From Camelus dromedarius (Eukaryota), in the NCBI RefSeq assembly GCF_036321535.1, contig NC_087437.1:6324001-6388000 (forward strand): a DNA stretch of 64,000 bases. The letters run 5' to 3'. The notes below the pieces were generated by a model, which did not search any database, was not told where the DNA came from, and worked only from the letters and a program-made list of their open reading frames with translations. Of this stretch, positions 62,943 through 64,000 are shown piece by piece (the first letter of the stretch is position 1; every line of letters starts with the position of its first letter). The translations under genes and the position numbers were made by a program.

Positions 62943-64000
62943 CTGAGTGCAAGACCAGGGCAGAGAGGAACCTCGCTGCCTTTCAGGGCTACTAGTTTCA
63001 AAACCTCGGCCATTAAAAACAAAGAATGATGGGAAAAAAGGGGTGATGAAACAGCAGCAGTGGTTCTTAGGAAATGGTATCATTTCAAAACGATGATTTG
63101 ATCTTTAGCATACTAATCATCTCAGTCGAAGTAGTTTTTAATTGGTCTGCGAATAATAAAGACGCTCAATTCTTCAAGTATTTAATTTAACAAAAGATAA
63201 AGACAGTATCCCCTGGCTAAAGTGGCACGGAAATTCCAGACTCCCTGCCTTGTCACAGAAGTCCTCTCCCGGCACTCAAAACAATGAGAAAAAGCAACAA
63301 AACTGACTTTAAAAAGAGTAATTTCCTTTCCAACCTAAATAAACTTTACACAAACTTGCCTCTGATCGCCAACTAAACAAGCTGCACCGCCAGCATCAAG
63401 GGAGGGTGTGCAGATATCTAGCAGGTGCTGCAGTTTATCACAAAACCGTCTGAAATAATTGGAAGTGACAACCAGCACTACCACAAATGATTTATTAGTC
63501 TTTCACTCAGCTTTTCAGCTTCCTCGGGGCCAGAATAAATAATTTACCAACTCTGTATCTTCCAATCATTAATTCTTCCCTATGCATCCAAACTACATTT
63601 AACTCTGCTAGGTTTGGAATAAAACATACAATAGGAATATTTTTATAAATATAGAATTATCTGACCATATGTAAAGGCAAATTTGTCAGTCAAGATGTAC
63701 AACCCAGATGTAGAAGAATCGAAAGGCTGAGAGTCAGCAACTGCAGTGGAGTCTGAGGGAATAAAATCAAGTAAAGAGGAAATGAGAGCAGAGCCCGCAA
63801 AGAGCTCTCCCACCACAAGGAAGGGTCTCTGATGCAGTCAGCCACCCTCAGGGGCAGCAGAGGCACACGGATGCTGGGGATGGTCCACCTCTAGGGTGGC
63901 CAGCTCATGACAGTCAATTCATTCTGACTGACTGACTGTCTCCCCTGAAACTTTCCTGTGAGTTATAAAAAAGACACAGTCCTCCCTTAAAAACGGGTAG

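Noticed and set aside
1..64000. tRNA, rRNA, snRNA/snoRNA genes, NUMTs, endogenous non-retroviral viral elements, and the identity of the host gene
   Set aside because: None recognised by eye; an Infernal/Rfam scan and tBLASTn would be needed to exclude them. No coding exon was available to name the host gene, so no symbol is given.

Overview
AT-rich eutherian genomic DNA with no protein-coding exon I can recognise. The young L1 3' ends and the absence of primate, ruminant, pig, cetacean, carnivore and horse SINEs suggest a camelid (inference). The + strand looks A- and C-rich by eye and most LTRs and L1s lie on +, which fits a large intron or 5'-UTR region of an unidentified minus-strand gene. 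A few splice-site-bounded, probably non-coding exon candidates lie on the minus strand. A large share of the window is interspersed repeat: L1 of several ages, L2, MIR, MaLR/ERVL/ERV1 solo LTRs and hAT elements. The best supported specific features are (i) a full-length MRPL42 processed pseudogene with a 16-bp TSD and one nonsense codon, (ii) an unusually legible CR1/L3 reverse-transcriptase relic that retains FADD, (iii) a ~370-bp non-tandem duplication of apparently unique DNA, and (iv) several very short, nested or rearranged L1 insertions with clear TSDs. I see no evidence of a new multi-gene system; the hypotheses below are modest and testable. Repeat subfamily names are recalled from consensus sequences, and repeat boundaries are approximate unless a TSD is quoted.
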